A stretch of DNA of 64,000 nucleotides, taken from positions 32,107 through 96,106 of the forward strand of contig CAWFND010000008.1 of NCBI GenBank assembly GCA_963817095.1, read 5' to 3'. The notes under the pieces are model-generated. The model ran no database searches and was not told where the DNA came from. It saw only the letters and a list, made by a program, of their open reading frames with translations. The position numbers were made by a program, and so were the translations under genes. Origin of the DNA: an uncultured Chloroflexia bacterium (GTDB lineage Bacteria; Chloroflexota; Limnocylindria; Limnocylindrales; CSP1-4). Within the stretch, counting starts at the first letter, position 1. Each line of letters opens with the position of its first letter. This document shows positions 36,215 through 45,533 of the stretch, in pieces.

Positions 36215-37332
36215 GCCGCGTCCTCCGCGACGGCCCGCTCGATCCGGCCGCCGCCCAGCACGACGTCGTCGTCGTACAGCACGGCCGCCTGCCCGGGCGC
36301 CGCCGCCCAGACCGGTGCCTCCGTCTCGACGATCCATCGCCCGCCACGACGCGGCTGCGTGCCGTTCGAGGGCCGGACGGTCGCCGGGATGAGCGTCGCC
36401 CGATGACGGATCCGGACCTGGGCACGGAACGCGCCGGCACGACCGGCGGGCGGCTCGTCCGCGACGAACGTCACGCCGCTCAGTTGGATCGTCGTCGTCT
36501 CGAGGTCCTCGCGTCGTCCGAGCTGGATCGTGTTCGAGAGCGGGTCGATCCGGCTGACGTAGCGGGGCACTTCGGCCGCCACCCCGACCCCGCGACGTTG
36601 CCCGACCGTGAAGCCCGCGGATCCCCCGTGCTCCCCGACGACCGCACCCATCTCGTCGACGATCGGCCCGCGTTCCGGCGCCCAGCCGGCCCGCTCGCGC
36701 AGCGCCTCGCGATAGTCGCCGCCGGGGACGAAGCAGATCTCCTGGCTCTCGGGCTTGTCGGCCGTCGCCAACCCGAGGTCGCGAGCGATCGCGCGGACCT
36801 CCGGCTTGGTCAGCTCCCCGAGCGGGAACCGGGCGTGCTCCAGCTGGTCGCGGCGCAGGCCATACAGGAAATAGGTTTGGTCCTTGTCCTCGTCACGTGC
36901 CCGGACGAGCCGCGCCCGCCCGTCCGGCCCGACCTCGCGCCGGGCGTAGTGGCCGGTCGCCACCGCCTCGCAGTCGTACAGGTGGCGGGCACGCCCGAGC
37001 AGGGCGCCGAACTTCACATACGTGTTGCAGTCCACGCACGGGCTGGGCGTCCGACCGTCGAGGTAGGCCGTGAGGAACGGCTGGAGCACGCCGGCATCGA
37101 ACTCGCGTTCGAGGTTCATCACGTAGAAGGGGATGTCGAGCTGGGCCGCCACCCGCCGCGCATCGTCGGCGGCGTCCAGCGAGCAGCAGCTCTTCTTGAA
37201 CTCGGAGTAGCTGTCCGCGACGTCATGGAGGCGCATCCAGACGCCGACGACCTCGTGGCTCTGGCGGTGGAGAAGTGCGGCGGCGACCGACGAGTCGACC
37301 CCGCCGGACATCGCGACGAGGATCCGCGTCAC
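36211..37332 (-). CDS. mnmA: tRNA 2-thiouridine(34) synthase MnmA
   Basis: 373 aa from GTG 37332 (GTGA overlap with the cysteine desulfurase stop). PP-loop AMSGGVDSS, catalytic Cys region [16 protein letters not shown]. Confidence 0.9.
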   Translation of the reverse strand: MTRILVAMSGGVDSSVAAALLHRQSHEVVGVWMRLHDVADSYSEFKKSCCSLDAADDARRVAAQLDIPFYVMNLEREFDAGVLQPFLTAYLDGRTPSPCVDCNTYVKFGALLGRARHLYDCEAVATGHYARREVGPDGRARLVRARDEDKDQTYFLYGLRRDQLEHARFPLGELTKPEVRAIARDLGLATADKPESQEICFVPGGDYREALRERAGWAPERGPIVDEMGAVVGEHGGSAGFTVGQRRGVGVAAEVPRYVSRIDPLSNTIQLGRREDLETTTIQLSGVTFVADEPPAGRAGAFRAQVRIRHRATLIPATVRPSNGTQPRRGGRWIVETEAPVWAAAPGQAAVLYDDDVVLGGGRIERAVAEDAA

Positions 37333-38513
37333 GCCGGAACGCCCTGCCCGAGCGGGTCCGCCGCCACGGCCGCCGCGCCGATCCGCATCGACGCGAGGAC
37401 GCCCGGAACGATCTGCGCGGCCTCCTCGATCTCGGCCTCCGTCGTGGTCCGGCCCAGCGTGAGCCGCAGCGCCCCGCGAGCCTCCTCCTCCGGATAGCCC
37501 ATGGCCGAGAGGACGTGCGAGACCTCGGTCGAGCCGGTCGTGCAGGCGGACCCGACCGAGACGGCAATCCCGTTGAGGTCCAGGGACACCGCGACGGACG
37601 AGCCGTCGGTGTCGCGGGCGATCAGCGACAGGTGACCGGGGAGACGCTCCTTCGGATGACCCGTGAGCTCGACCCCGTCGACCGCGACAGCGGCCTTCTG
37701 GAGGCGCTCGCGCAGGCGGCGCATCCGCTTCGTCGTCTCCGACCGCTCGGCGGCGACGAGATCGAACGCCGCGGCCATCCCGACCGCACCGGCGACGTTC
37801 TCGGTCCCGCCGCGGCGATGCCGCTCCTGCTCGCCGCCCTGCTGCTGGGCGAGGATATGGGTTCCGTGCCGGAGATAGAGGGCACCGACGCCCTTCGGCC
37901 CCTCGAACTTGTGGGCACTCATCGCCATCAGGTCGACGCCGAGGGTCGTGACGTCCAGCTCGAGACACGGTGCAGCCTGGACGGCATCGACCGCAAACAG
38001 CACGCCGCGATGGGCGTGGACGCGCCGGCCGATCTCCGCGATCGGCTGGATCGTGCCGACCTCGTTGTTCGCCAGCATGATCGCGACAAGGATCGTCTTG
38101 TCCGTGATCGCGGCGTCGACCTGGTCGGGATCGACCCGGCCGTAACGGTCGACCGGCAGCTCGACGACCTCGAAGCCGAACTTCTCCAGGTAGCGCAGCG
38201 CGTGACCCACCGCGTGGTGCTCGACGGACGAGGTCACGATCCGGTGGCCGTGCGCCTTGCCGGCCCAGGCCGCGCCCTTCAGGCCGAGGTTCAGCGCCTC
38301 CGTCCCGCCCGATGTCATGACGATCTCACGCGCCTCGGCACCGATCCGGGCGGCGATCCGCTCGTGCGCGTCGTCGAGCGCGGCCCGCGCGGCCCGGCCG
38401 AACGTGTGCGCGGACGAGGCGTTGCCGAAGTTGCCGGTCAGGTACGGGAGCATCGCCTCGAGGACCTCCGGACGGAGCGGGGTCGTCGCGGCGTGGTCGA
38501 GGTAGATCGCCAT
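37329..38513 (-). CDS. iscS: cysteine desulfurase (NifS/IscS family)
   Basis: 394 aa from ATG 38513. [12 protein letters not shown]-lysine motif [10 protein letters not shown], catalytic loop GSACTTGS. Confidence 0.88.
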   Translation of the reverse strand: MAIYLDHAATTPLRPEVLEAMLPYLTGNFGNASSAHTFGRAARAALDDAHERIAARIGAEAREIVMTSGGTEALNLGLKGAAWAGKAHGHRIVTSSVEHHAVGHALRYLEKFGFEVVELPVDRYGRVDPDQVDAAITDKTILVAIMLANNEVGTIQPIAEIGRRVHAHRGVLFAVDAVQAAPCLELDVTTLGVDLMAMSAHKFEGPKGVGALYLRHGTHILAQQQGGEQERHRRGGTENVAGAVGMAAAFDLVAAERSETTKRMRRLRERLQKAAVAVDGVELTGHPKERLPGHLSLIARDTDGSSVAVSLDLNGIAVSVGSACTTGSTEVSHVLSAMGYPEEEARGALRLTLGRTTTEAEIEEAAQIVPGVLASMRIGAAAVAADPLGQGVPA

Positions 38514-38522
38514 TGGCCGCCG

Positions 38523-38528
38523 ATTGTA
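38523..38528 (-). promoter_or_regulatory. putative -10 hexamer TACAAT, 9 nt upstream of the cysteine desulfurase ATG (leaderless-type promoter)
   Basis: Plus strand reads attgta in the 65-nt divergent spacer. No SD. Confidence 0.35.
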
Positions 38529-38566
38529 CGCCGCACCCGTCGCTCGCTCCCCCGTCGACGACCCGC

Positions 38567-38572
38567 GATACT
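38567..38572 (+). promoter_or_regulatory. putative -10 hexamer GATACT, 6 nt upstream of the glycosylase ATG (leaderless-type promoter)
   Basis: Read on the plus strand in the same 65-nt divergent spacer. No SD. Confidence 0.3.
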
Positions 38573-38578
38573 CGGTCG

Positions 38579-39499
38579 ATGCGCGAGCTGACGATCGAGC
38601 CACGCGGCCCATTCGACCTGGCCACGGCCCGCGACTTCGCGGGCGGTTTCCCGGCGGGCATCGGCTCGCGGGCAAGGGCGGACACGATCCTGATGTCGTT
38701 CCCCGTCGAGGGCTGGAGCTCCAGCGCCGTCGTCCAGCTGCGGCAGGATCCCGACGGCATCCTCCGCGGCGAGGTCTTCGGCGACGGCGACCTCGAAACG
38801 ATCGCCCGGCAGGCGGCCCGTTCCCTGTCGCTCGATCACGACGGGTCCGGCTGGCCGGACATCGGTCGACGCGATCCCGTCATCGGCCGGCTCCAGGAGC
38901 GGTACGGGTTGCTCCGCCCGGTCTGCTTCTTCTCGGCCTACGAGGCAGCGACGAGCTTCGTGATCGGCCAGCGGATCTCGATGACCCAGACCCGACGCGT
39001 GAAGGACCGCCTGGCCGACGTCGCCGGCGACTCGATCCGGGTGGACGTCGACGGGGAGGGGCTCACGATCCGGCCGTTCCCGCGTCCGCAGGCCGTGGCG
39101 GAGCTCACCGAGGTTCCCGGGCTCGCGTCCGTGAAGGTCGACCGGCTCCGGTCGCTCGCTCGCGCCGCGCTCGACGGGCACCTCGACACGGAGCGGCTCC
39201 GCGCGCTGCCGGAGACCGAGGCACTCGCCGAGCTTCGACTCCTTCCGGGGATCGGCGAGTGGACCGCCACCGGCGTCCTCACCCGCGGCTGCGGGAGTGC
39301 CGACACGGTGACGCTGGCAGACGGGATCAGCCGCGAGGCCGTCCGCCACTTCTACGGCCTGCCGTCGACGCCGGACGACGCGGCGTGGCTCACGATCGCA
39401 GAGGCCTGGCGGCCGTACCGGATGTGGGCCACCGTGCTCCTGCACATGGCCTGGCGTCGCGAGCAGCCGTCAACGCCGAGTTACCGCCAGGGCCGCTGA
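38579..39499 (+). CDS. DNA-3-methyladenine glycosylase II family (AlkA-like HhH-GPD) protein
   Basis: 306 aa from ATG 38579. HhH-GPD element LRLLPGIGEWTATGVL followed by the catalytic Asp region (LADGISRE). Confidence 0.7.
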   Translation: MRELTIEPRGPFDLATARDFAGGFPAGIGSRARADTILMSFPVEGWSSSAVVQLRQDPDGILRGEVFGDGDLETIARQAARSLSLDHDGSGWPDIGRRDPVIGRLQERYGLLRPVCFFSAYEAATSFVIGQRISMTQTRRVKDRLADVAGDSIRVDVDGEGLTIRPFPRPQAVAELTEVPGLASVKVDRLRSLARAALDGHLDTERLRALPETEALAELRLLPGIGEWTATGVLTRGCGSADTVTLADGISREAVRHFYGLPSTPDDAAWLTIAEAWRPYRMWATVLLHMAWRREQPSTPSYRQGR

Positions 39500-39545
39500 G
39501 CCCCCCTTGCCCCGCGCGGGACAATGGGCGCACGCCGGAGGTCCC

Positions 39546-39899
39546 ATGGACCCGTCGAGCCTCGTCGCCATCGTCGTCCTCGTCGCCGTGGTGTGGTTCG
39601 GGCCGCGTGTCCTGCTCGAGTCGGTTGGACGCGCCAGCGACGGGATCGCCCAGTTGTTCGTGCCCCCGGATCGGGCGCTCGGCTGGCCGCGCGGCGTGCA
39701 GGAGCGCGACGAGCCGTGGGCGTGGCGCACGGTCGCCGCATCCAGCGCGGCCGCCGACGGGACGCGTGAGGAATCCACGACGTCGGTCGAGCCATCGATG
39801 ATCGAGCTCGTCGACGCGCCGTTCCCGTTCGAGGCTGCGGCGGCGAACGACGCGCTCATCGTCCGCGTCGGTGCCGTCCGGAAGCGCCACCGACCCTAG
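39546..39899 (+). CDS. hypothetical protein with N-terminal TM helix (117 aa)
   Basis: ATG 39546 with GGAGG 4 nt upstream. SSLVAIVVLVAVVWFGP helix. No family recognised. The stop overlaps the convergent typA stop. Confidence 0.45.
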   Translation: MDPSSLVAIVVLVAVVWFGPRVLLESVGRASDGIAQLFVPPDRALGWPRGVQERDEPWAWRTVAASSAAADGTREESTTSVEPSMIELVDAPFPFEAAAANDALIVRVGAVRKRHRP

Positions 39900-41830
39900 C
39901 CGGCGTCCTCCCGGTCGCCTGCCCGCCGGCGATCCTCCTCGCGGCCGCGCTCGCGCCGCCGATCGTGCTGGGGGAGCGTCCGCTTGCGAAGCCGGATCGA
40001 CTTCGGCGTCACCTCGACCAGCTCGTCGGCCGCGATGAACTCGATCGCGGACTCGAGAGTGAGCGGCCGAGGCGGCGTCAGCCGGAGCGCCTCGTCGTGG
40101 GCGTGCGTCCGGATGTTCGTCAGCTTCTTCTCCTTGGTCGGATTGACGTCCATGTCCCCCGACCGGGCGTTCTCACCGACGACCATGCCCTCGTAGACGT
40201 CCTCGCCGGCCCCGATCAGGAGCTCCGAGCGCTCCTGGAGGTTGAACAGGCCAAACGCGTTGGAGGTCCCGGCACGATCCGAGACGAGCACCCCGTTCGT
40301 CCGGTGGGTCACCTCGCCGGCCCACGGTCCATAGCCTTCGCCGATCTGGTGGAGGAGCGCGGTCCCACGCGTGTCCGTCAGGAGCTGGCCGCGATAGCCG
40401 ATCAGCCCGCGGACCGGCAGGACGTATTCCATGCGGACCCGGCCGTCGGCATCGGTCGACATCTGCTCGAGGCGGCCCTTCCGCCCCGCGAGTGCCTCCT
40501 GGACCGCCCCGATGTAGTCCGGCGGGATGTCGATCGTGATCCGCTCGTACGGCTCCTGGACCTCGCCGTCGACTTCGTGAAGGAGGACCTCCGGACGGGA
40601 GGCGGTGAGCTCGAAGCCCTCGCGCCGCATCTGCTCGATGAGCACCGCGAGCTGGAGCTCGCCCCGGCCACGAACCTCGAAGGTGTCGCCGGATTCGGTC
40701 GCCCGAACCTCGATCGAGACGTTCCCGAGGACCTCCCTGTCCAGCCGCGCCTTGATCTGGCGGCTCGTGACGTACTTGCCCTCGCGCCCGCTCAGCGGCG
40801 ACGTGTTGACCCCAAAGGTCATCCGCAGCGTTGGTGCGTCGACGTCGAGCCGCGGCAGCGGTCGCGGATCCGCCGGGTCCGTGATCGTGTCGCCGATCGT
40901 GACCTCCGGCAGCCCCGCCACCGAGACGATGTCGCCCGGACGGGCCTCGACCATGTCGACCCGTTCGATGCCGTGGGCAGTCTGGAGCGAGGTCACGGTC
41001 CCGTTGAGGGTGATGGTCCGGCCGGGCTCGACGGCGCCGGCGGTGTCGTCGGCCTCCTCGCGCACGACGGTGATCCGCTGGCCCATCCGGAGCGTGCCGT
41101 TCCAGATCCGCCCCACCGCCATGCGCCCGACGTAGTCGTTCGCCATCAGGTTCGTCACGAGCAGCTGAAGCGGGTGCTCGGAATCGTAGGCGGGCGGCGG
41201 CGTGACCGCGATGAGCGTGTCCAGGAGCGGGCGAAGGTCGACGCCGGGCTCCGCGAGCGAGCGGGACGCGGTTCCCGCCTTCGCGTTCGTGTACAGCACG
41301 GGGAACTCGATCTGGTGCTCGTCGGCGCCGAGATCCAGGAACAGCTCGTAGACCTCGTCGAGGACCTCCGCCGGACGCGCGTCGCCGCGATCGATCTTGT
41401 TCAGGGCGACGACGACCGGCAGATGGCGGGCCATGGCCTTCTGGAGGACGTAGCGGGTCTGCGGCAGCGGCCCTTCGGCCGCGTCCACGAGGAGGAGGAC
41501 CGAGTCGACCATCAGCAGGCTTCGCTCGACCTCGCCGCCGAAGTCGGCGTGGCCCGGGGTATCGACGATGTTGAGGCGGACGCCGCCATGGTCGACGGTC
41601 GTCTGCTTGGCGAGGATCGTGATCCCCTTCTCGCGCTCGAGGTCCATCGAGTCCATGACCCGGTCGATGACGGCCTCGTTCGAGCGGAACGTGCCAGTCT
41701 GGCGCAGCATCGCGTCGACGAGGGTGGTCTTGCCGTGGTCGACGTGGGCGACGATCGCGACGTTGCGGAGATCGGCACGGGTCGAGTTCGTGATCGGCAT
41801 GGCGGTGGCGGTCGGGCTGACGGCGGGCAC
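39896..41830 (-). CDS. typA: translational GTPase TypA/BipA
   Basis: AIVAHVDHGKTTLVD, DTPGHADFGGEV, NKIDR, BipA-type C-terminal domains. GTG 41830 has AGGAG 12 nt upstream. The alternative start is ATG 41800. Confidence 0.92.
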   Translation of the reverse strand: MPAVSPTATAMPITNSTRADLRNVAIVAHVDHGKTTLVDAMLRQTGTFRSNEAVIDRVMDSMDLEREKGITILAKQTTVDHGGVRLNIVDTPGHADFGGEVERSLLMVDSVLLLVDAAEGPLPQTRYVLQKAMARHLPVVVALNKIDRGDARPAEVLDEVYELFLDLGADEHQIEFPVLYTNAKAGTASRSLAEPGVDLRPLLDTLIAVTPPPAYDSEHPLQLLVTNLMANDYVGRMAVGRIWNGTLRMGQRITVVREEADDTAGAVEPGRTITLNGTVTSLQTAHGIERVDMVEARPGDIVSVAGLPEVTIGDTITDPADPRPLPRLDVDAPTLRMTFGVNTSPLSGREGKYVTSRQIKARLDREVLGNVSIEVRATESGDTFEVRGRGELQLAVLIEQMRREGFELTASRPEVLLHEVDGEVQEPYERITIDIPPDYIGAVQEALAGRKGRLEQMSTDADGRVRMEYVLPVRGLIGYRGQLLTDTRGTALLHQIGEGYGPWAGEVTHRTNGVLVSDRAGTSNAFGLFNLQERSELLIGAGEDVYEGMVVGENARSGDMDVNPTKEKKLTNIRTHAHDEALRLTPPRPLTLESAIEFIAADELVEVTPKSIRLRKRTLPQHDRRRERGREEDRRRAGDREDAG

Positions 41831-41903
41831 GAGGCGGCGGAGCTCCTGGTTCGGGGGCCGGTCATTCTCGCACGGATGTCGAGGATCGGGTCCGCGACGC
41901 TGC

Positions 41904-41909
41904 TAGCAT
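41904..41909 (+). promoter_or_regulatory. putative -10 hexamer TAGCAT, 6 nt upstream of GTG 41916 (leaderless-type promoter)
   Basis: Read on the plus strand, preceded by TGc. No SD. Confidence 0.3.
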
Positions 41910-41915
41910 CGGGAC

Positions 41916-42623
41916 GTGACCGTCGCCGCCGTCATCCTCGCCGCATCTCCGGAGTCGGCCCTGGCCGACGCCGACGGTCAGCCGGCCGTTCGCCGGATCG
42001 CCGACGCAGCGTGGTCCGGTGGCGCCACCCCGATCGTCGTCGTCTCGTTCGATCCGACCGGTGACGTCGCGGCCGCGCTCGCGGGAGCGCCGGTGACGCT
42101 CGCAGAGCCCGCCCCGCCCGAGCACGGGCCGGCCGCCCAGATGGCCCGTGGGATCGACGTCGCCCTGGGCGAGGTCCGGGAGACGACCGCCGCCCTGATC
42201 TGGCCCGCCCGATACACCTGGGTCGGCCCCGAGACCGTGACCACGCTGATCGAGGCGCACGGCATCGCAGCCGACATCCTCCAGACCCCGAGCTTCGAGG
42301 ACGTCGGCGGCTGGCCCGTCATGATGCCGGTCGGGGCGGTCGACCGGCTTCGCGCCGTCACGCCGGACCGGATGCCGGATGCCGTGATGGACGACCTCGC
42401 GGTCGCGGGCGTCCCGTTCGGCGTCATCGACGTCGGAGATCCCGGGGTGACGATCGATCGCCAGACGCCGCGGTCCGACCTGCCGCCGTACGTCGGCCCG
42501 CTGGAGCCATTTCCCGGCCACGTCCACGAATGGGGCGCGCAAGCGGCCGATGGCGGCGACGACGGGCCGCTCGAGGGTCCGACGCTGGCGCCATACGCCC
42601 AGGCGGGCGACCCGGAGACCTGA
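41916..42623 (+). CDS. nucleotidyltransferase-fold (MobA-like NTP transferase) protein, divergent
   Basis: 235 aa. N-terminus AAVILAASPES...PIVVV resembles MobA-like NTP_transf_3 but lacks a clean GxGxR motif. Family call is tentative. Confidence 0.45.
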   Translation: MTVAAVILAASPESALADADGQPAVRRIADAAWSGGATPIVVVSFDPTGDVAAALAGAPVTLAEPAPPEHGPAAQMARGIDVALGEVRETTAALIWPARYTWVGPETVTTLIEAHGIAADILQTPSFEDVGGWPVMMPVGAVDRLRAVTPDRMPDAVMDDLAVAGVPFGVIDVGDPGVTIDRQTPRSDLPPYVGPLEPFPGHVHEWGAQAADGGDDGPLEGPTLAPYAQAGDPET

Positions 42624-42681
42624 TCCGCGGACGGCGCAGCGAGCTTGGCGTGGGTCGAGCACGGTGGCCCGCATCGGGGCG

Positions 42682-42711
42682 TTGGCTCGATCATGGGTCG
42701 CCGGGTAGACT
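42682..42711 (+). promoter_or_regulatory. putative sigma-70-type promoter TTGGCT-N18-TAGACT upstream of the histidine kinase gene (about 75-nt leader)
   Basis: Hexamers at 42682-42687 and 42706-42711 in the 166-nt spacer. Confidence 0.3.
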
Positions 42712-42789
42712 TTCGCCCTTCCACGCCGCCGAATCAGGTGCTCACCACGTTCCACGCCGACCAGGTCGACAGCCCGGGGTCCCCGTTCC

Positions 42790-44553
42790 ATGCCTGACCG
42801 GAGCCCGGTTCCGACCGCGGCCCACCCGCTCCCACTCGCCGTCGATCGACGCGAGGTCATCCTCGACGCGGTGACCTTCGCCGCCGAGCGATTCCTCGCA
42901 GGCGACTCGCTCGAGGGCGCCCTCCCGGAGGTTCTGCGCCGGATCGGCGAGGCCTCGGGCGCAGGTCGCGTCGTCCTGATCGAGCGGATCGCGGCCGACG
43001 ACGGCGCCCACATGCTGTGGCGGGGCGAATGGGACGCCGACGGGGTCGCGCGCCTCCTCGTTCCGCCGGATCCGCGCGGCCTGCCCTACTTCCCGCGCTG
43101 GGAGCGGGAGCTGTCGTGCGGTCGCCTGGTCGCGGGCCGGACGAGCGACATGCCCGACGACGAGCGGATCCCCCTTGCGGCAGACAAGGTCGGCTCGATC
43201 GTCGTCACCCCGATCACGGTCAATGGGCGATGGTGGGGCCACGTCGGCTACGACGACGCCCACGAGGAGCGCGTCTGGACCGGCCCGGAGCTCGACGCGC
43301 TGCGCGCGGCGGCCGGGATCATCGGGGCCGCGATCCGCCAGGGTGAGGCGATCGCCGCGCTCGACCGGCGCAACGCGATCCTCGAGGCGGTGGCGGCGGC
43401 GACGCCGCTGCTCGTTGCGACCAACCGGATCGAGGACGCGCTCTCCGAGCTGCTCGAGTCCATCCGTCGGGCCGTCGACGCGCGATCGGCGTGGGCCTAC
43501 CGGGTCGACGCGGAGGCGGTCGCCCATCTCGTCGTGGAGCGACTTGCACCCGGTGCTCGACCGGCGACCGAGTTCGGGAAGGCCATCCGGTTGACTCCTG
43601 ACGGGATCGCCCGCCTGTCGTCGGTCGGCCATCTCCAGAACGAGGACATCTTCCTCGACTCGGCTGAGGAGGTGGCCGCCGCGGCGGCCATGGGGATCCG
43701 TTCCTGGGTGCTGGTCCCGATCATCGTCGCGGGGCGGCTGCGCGGCGGGATCGGCCTCGACAGCACGGAGGACCGAGCCTGGACCGACGGCGAGGTCGTC
43801 GCCCTCCAGGTCACGGCCGCAGCCGTCGCAGCCGCGGTCGAACGGGACACGACCGAGGAGCGGCTCCGACAGCTCGCGAAGATGGAAGCTGTGGGCCGCG
43901 TGGCGGGCAGCCTCGCCCATGACTTCGGCAACATCCTGACGATCGTCCGCGGTCGCTCGGAGCTCCTCCTCCAGGGGTCGCTCGATGCCGCGTCGCGCGA
44001 CGACGCCGACGCGATCCACGAGGCGAGCGATCGCGGAGCCGACCTGGTGCGCGACCTCCTCGCATTCAGTCGGACGCGGTCGGGCGAGGTCCAGGACGTC
44101 GACCTGGCCGAGCTGATCGTCCGCGCCGAACGGATGCTCGGGCGGACCGTCGGGTCGGCGATCCGGCTCGAGATCGCGACAGATCCGTCCATCGGGGCGG
44201 TCCGCGCCGACCCGAACGAGCTGGAGCACGTCCTCGTCAACCTCGTCGTGAACGCGCGGGACGCGATGCCGGACGGCGGCACGATCCGGCTCATCACCCG
44301 CCTCACGAGGTCGCGTGGCGAGACGATGGTCGCGCTGGCCGTCGGCGACACCGGGACAGGGATGGACGAGGCGACTCGCGTCCGGGTCTTCGAACCGTTC
44401 TTCTCGACGAAGCCCGAGGGAGTCGGGACCGGTCTCGGCCTGGCGACGGCCTACGCGACGGTGACGTCGTGGGGCGGCACGATCGACGTCACGAGCGAGC
44501 TCGGCGTCGGCACGACGTTCACGCTTCTGCTCCGGCCCGCCGCGGGCTCCTGA
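42790..44553 (+). CDS. cytoplasmic sensor histidine kinase with two GAF domains
   Basis: 587 aa, no TM segments. Two GAF-like regions, then H-box AGSLAHDFGNIL, N-box LVNLVVNARDAM, G1 DTGTGMD, G2 GTGLGLA. No response regulator adjacent. Confidence 0.82.
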   Translation: MPDRSPVPTAAHPLPLAVDRREVILDAVTFAAERFLAGDSLEGALPEVLRRIGEASGAGRVVLIERIAADDGAHMLWRGEWDADGVARLLVPPDPRGLPYFPRWERELSCGRLVAGRTSDMPDDERIPLAADKVGSIVVTPITVNGRWWGHVGYDDAHEERVWTGPELDALRAAAGIIGAAIRQGEAIAALDRRNAILEAVAAATPLLVATNRIEDALSELLESIRRAVDARSAWAYRVDAEAVAHLVVERLAPGARPATEFGKAIRLTPDGIARLSSVGHLQNEDIFLDSAEEVAAAAAMGIRSWVLVPIIVAGRLRGGIGLDSTEDRAWTDGEVVALQVTAAAVAAAVERDTTEERLRQLAKMEAVGRVAGSLAHDFGNILTIVRGRSELLLQGSLDAASRDDADAIHEASDRGADLVRDLLAFSRTRSGEVQDVDLAELIVRAERMLGRTVGSAIRLEIATDPSIGAVRADPNELEHVLVNLVVNARDAMPDGGTIRLITRLTRSRGETMVALAVGDTGTGMDEATRVRVFEPFFSTKPEGVGTGLGLATAYATVTSWGGTIDVTSELGVGTTFTLLLRPAAGS

Positions 44554-45526
44554 TCCGCCCGGCGCTCGGCCCGAGCGTGGCGGCCGCGATCCCGCCCACG
44601 ACGAGCGCCACGCCCGCCAGCTGTGCCGACGACGGCGTCTCGCCGAGCAGGAGCATCGCCAGGCCGACGGTCATGACCGGTTGGGCCAGCAGGATCATCG
44701 ACGTCATGACCGCCGGCAGCCGCGACAGCGACAACGAGATCAGGAGGTAACCGAGCGACTGCGACGTCAACCCCAGCAGGGCCAGCCAGGCGAGGCTTGC
44801 GAGCGGCGGCGTCGGATCGAGGTCGCCGCCGACCACTCCGACGGCCGCGGCGACGATCGCGGTCGACACGGTGGCGATCGCGACGGGGCCGGCCGGGCGC
44901 CGCAGGTCGCGGCCGCCGCGCCGGATGACGAGCAGGTAGCCCGCGTAGCAGCAAGCAGTGCCCAGCCCGAGGATCACGCCCAGGGTGGGGTTCGAGCCGT
45001 AGGCCGCGCCGCCGAAGGCACCCGAGATCAGCGCCACGCCGAGCAGGACGAACGGCAGGGCGAGGAACACGGATCGGCTGGGGCGCTCGCCATAGGCGAT
45101 CCAGGCGACAACTCCGACGATGAGCACCTGGAGATTGCCGAGAACTGTCGCGAGCCCCGCCCCGACGTACTCGATCGCGTGGTGCCAGGTGAGGAGATCG
45201 CCGGCAAAGAAGATCCCGGCGATCAGCGCAAGACGGATCGTCCGGCTCGGCAGCCCGCCGTAGCGCCGGTGCTCGAGCCACGCGACCAGCGCGAGGAGCG
45301 GCAGCCCGAACAGGGCACGGAACACGACGCCCGTCGAGGGTGAGACCAGGGCCCAGCGATAGAGGATCCCGGAGAACGCGATGCAGACCGCCCCGAGGAG
45401 CGCCGCGAAGCGTGGTCGCGCCGCGATCGCGCCGAGCGGCCAGGGCAGGTCATCCGTGCCCGTGTCGTCCGTGCCCGGGTCGTCCGCGCCGGTGCCGGTC
45501 AGCCGTCCGGTCTCGACCGCCGGCAT
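44519..45526 (-). CDS. DMT superfamily (EamA-like) transporter
   Basis: 335 aa from ATG 45526. About 10 TM helices in two EamA repeats. The 3' end overlaps the convergent kinase gene by 35 nt. Confidence 0.78.
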   Translation of the reverse strand: MPAVETGRLTGTGADDPGTDDTGTDDLPWPLGAIAARPRFAALLGAVCIAFSGILYRWALVSPSTGVVFRALFGLPLLALVAWLEHRRYGGLPSRTIRLALIAGIFFAGDLLTWHHAIEYVGAGLATVLGNLQVLIVGVVAWIAYGERPSRSVFLALPFVLLGVALISGAFGGAAYGSNPTLGVILGLGTACCYAGYLLVIRRGGRDLRRPAGPVAIATVSTAIVAAAVGVVGGDLDPTPPLASLAWLALLGLTSQSLGYLLISLSLSRLPAVMTSMILLAQPVMTVGLAMLLLGETPSSAQLAGVALVVGGIAAATLGPSAGRIRSPRRAGAEA

Positions 45527-45533
45527 CGGCCGG

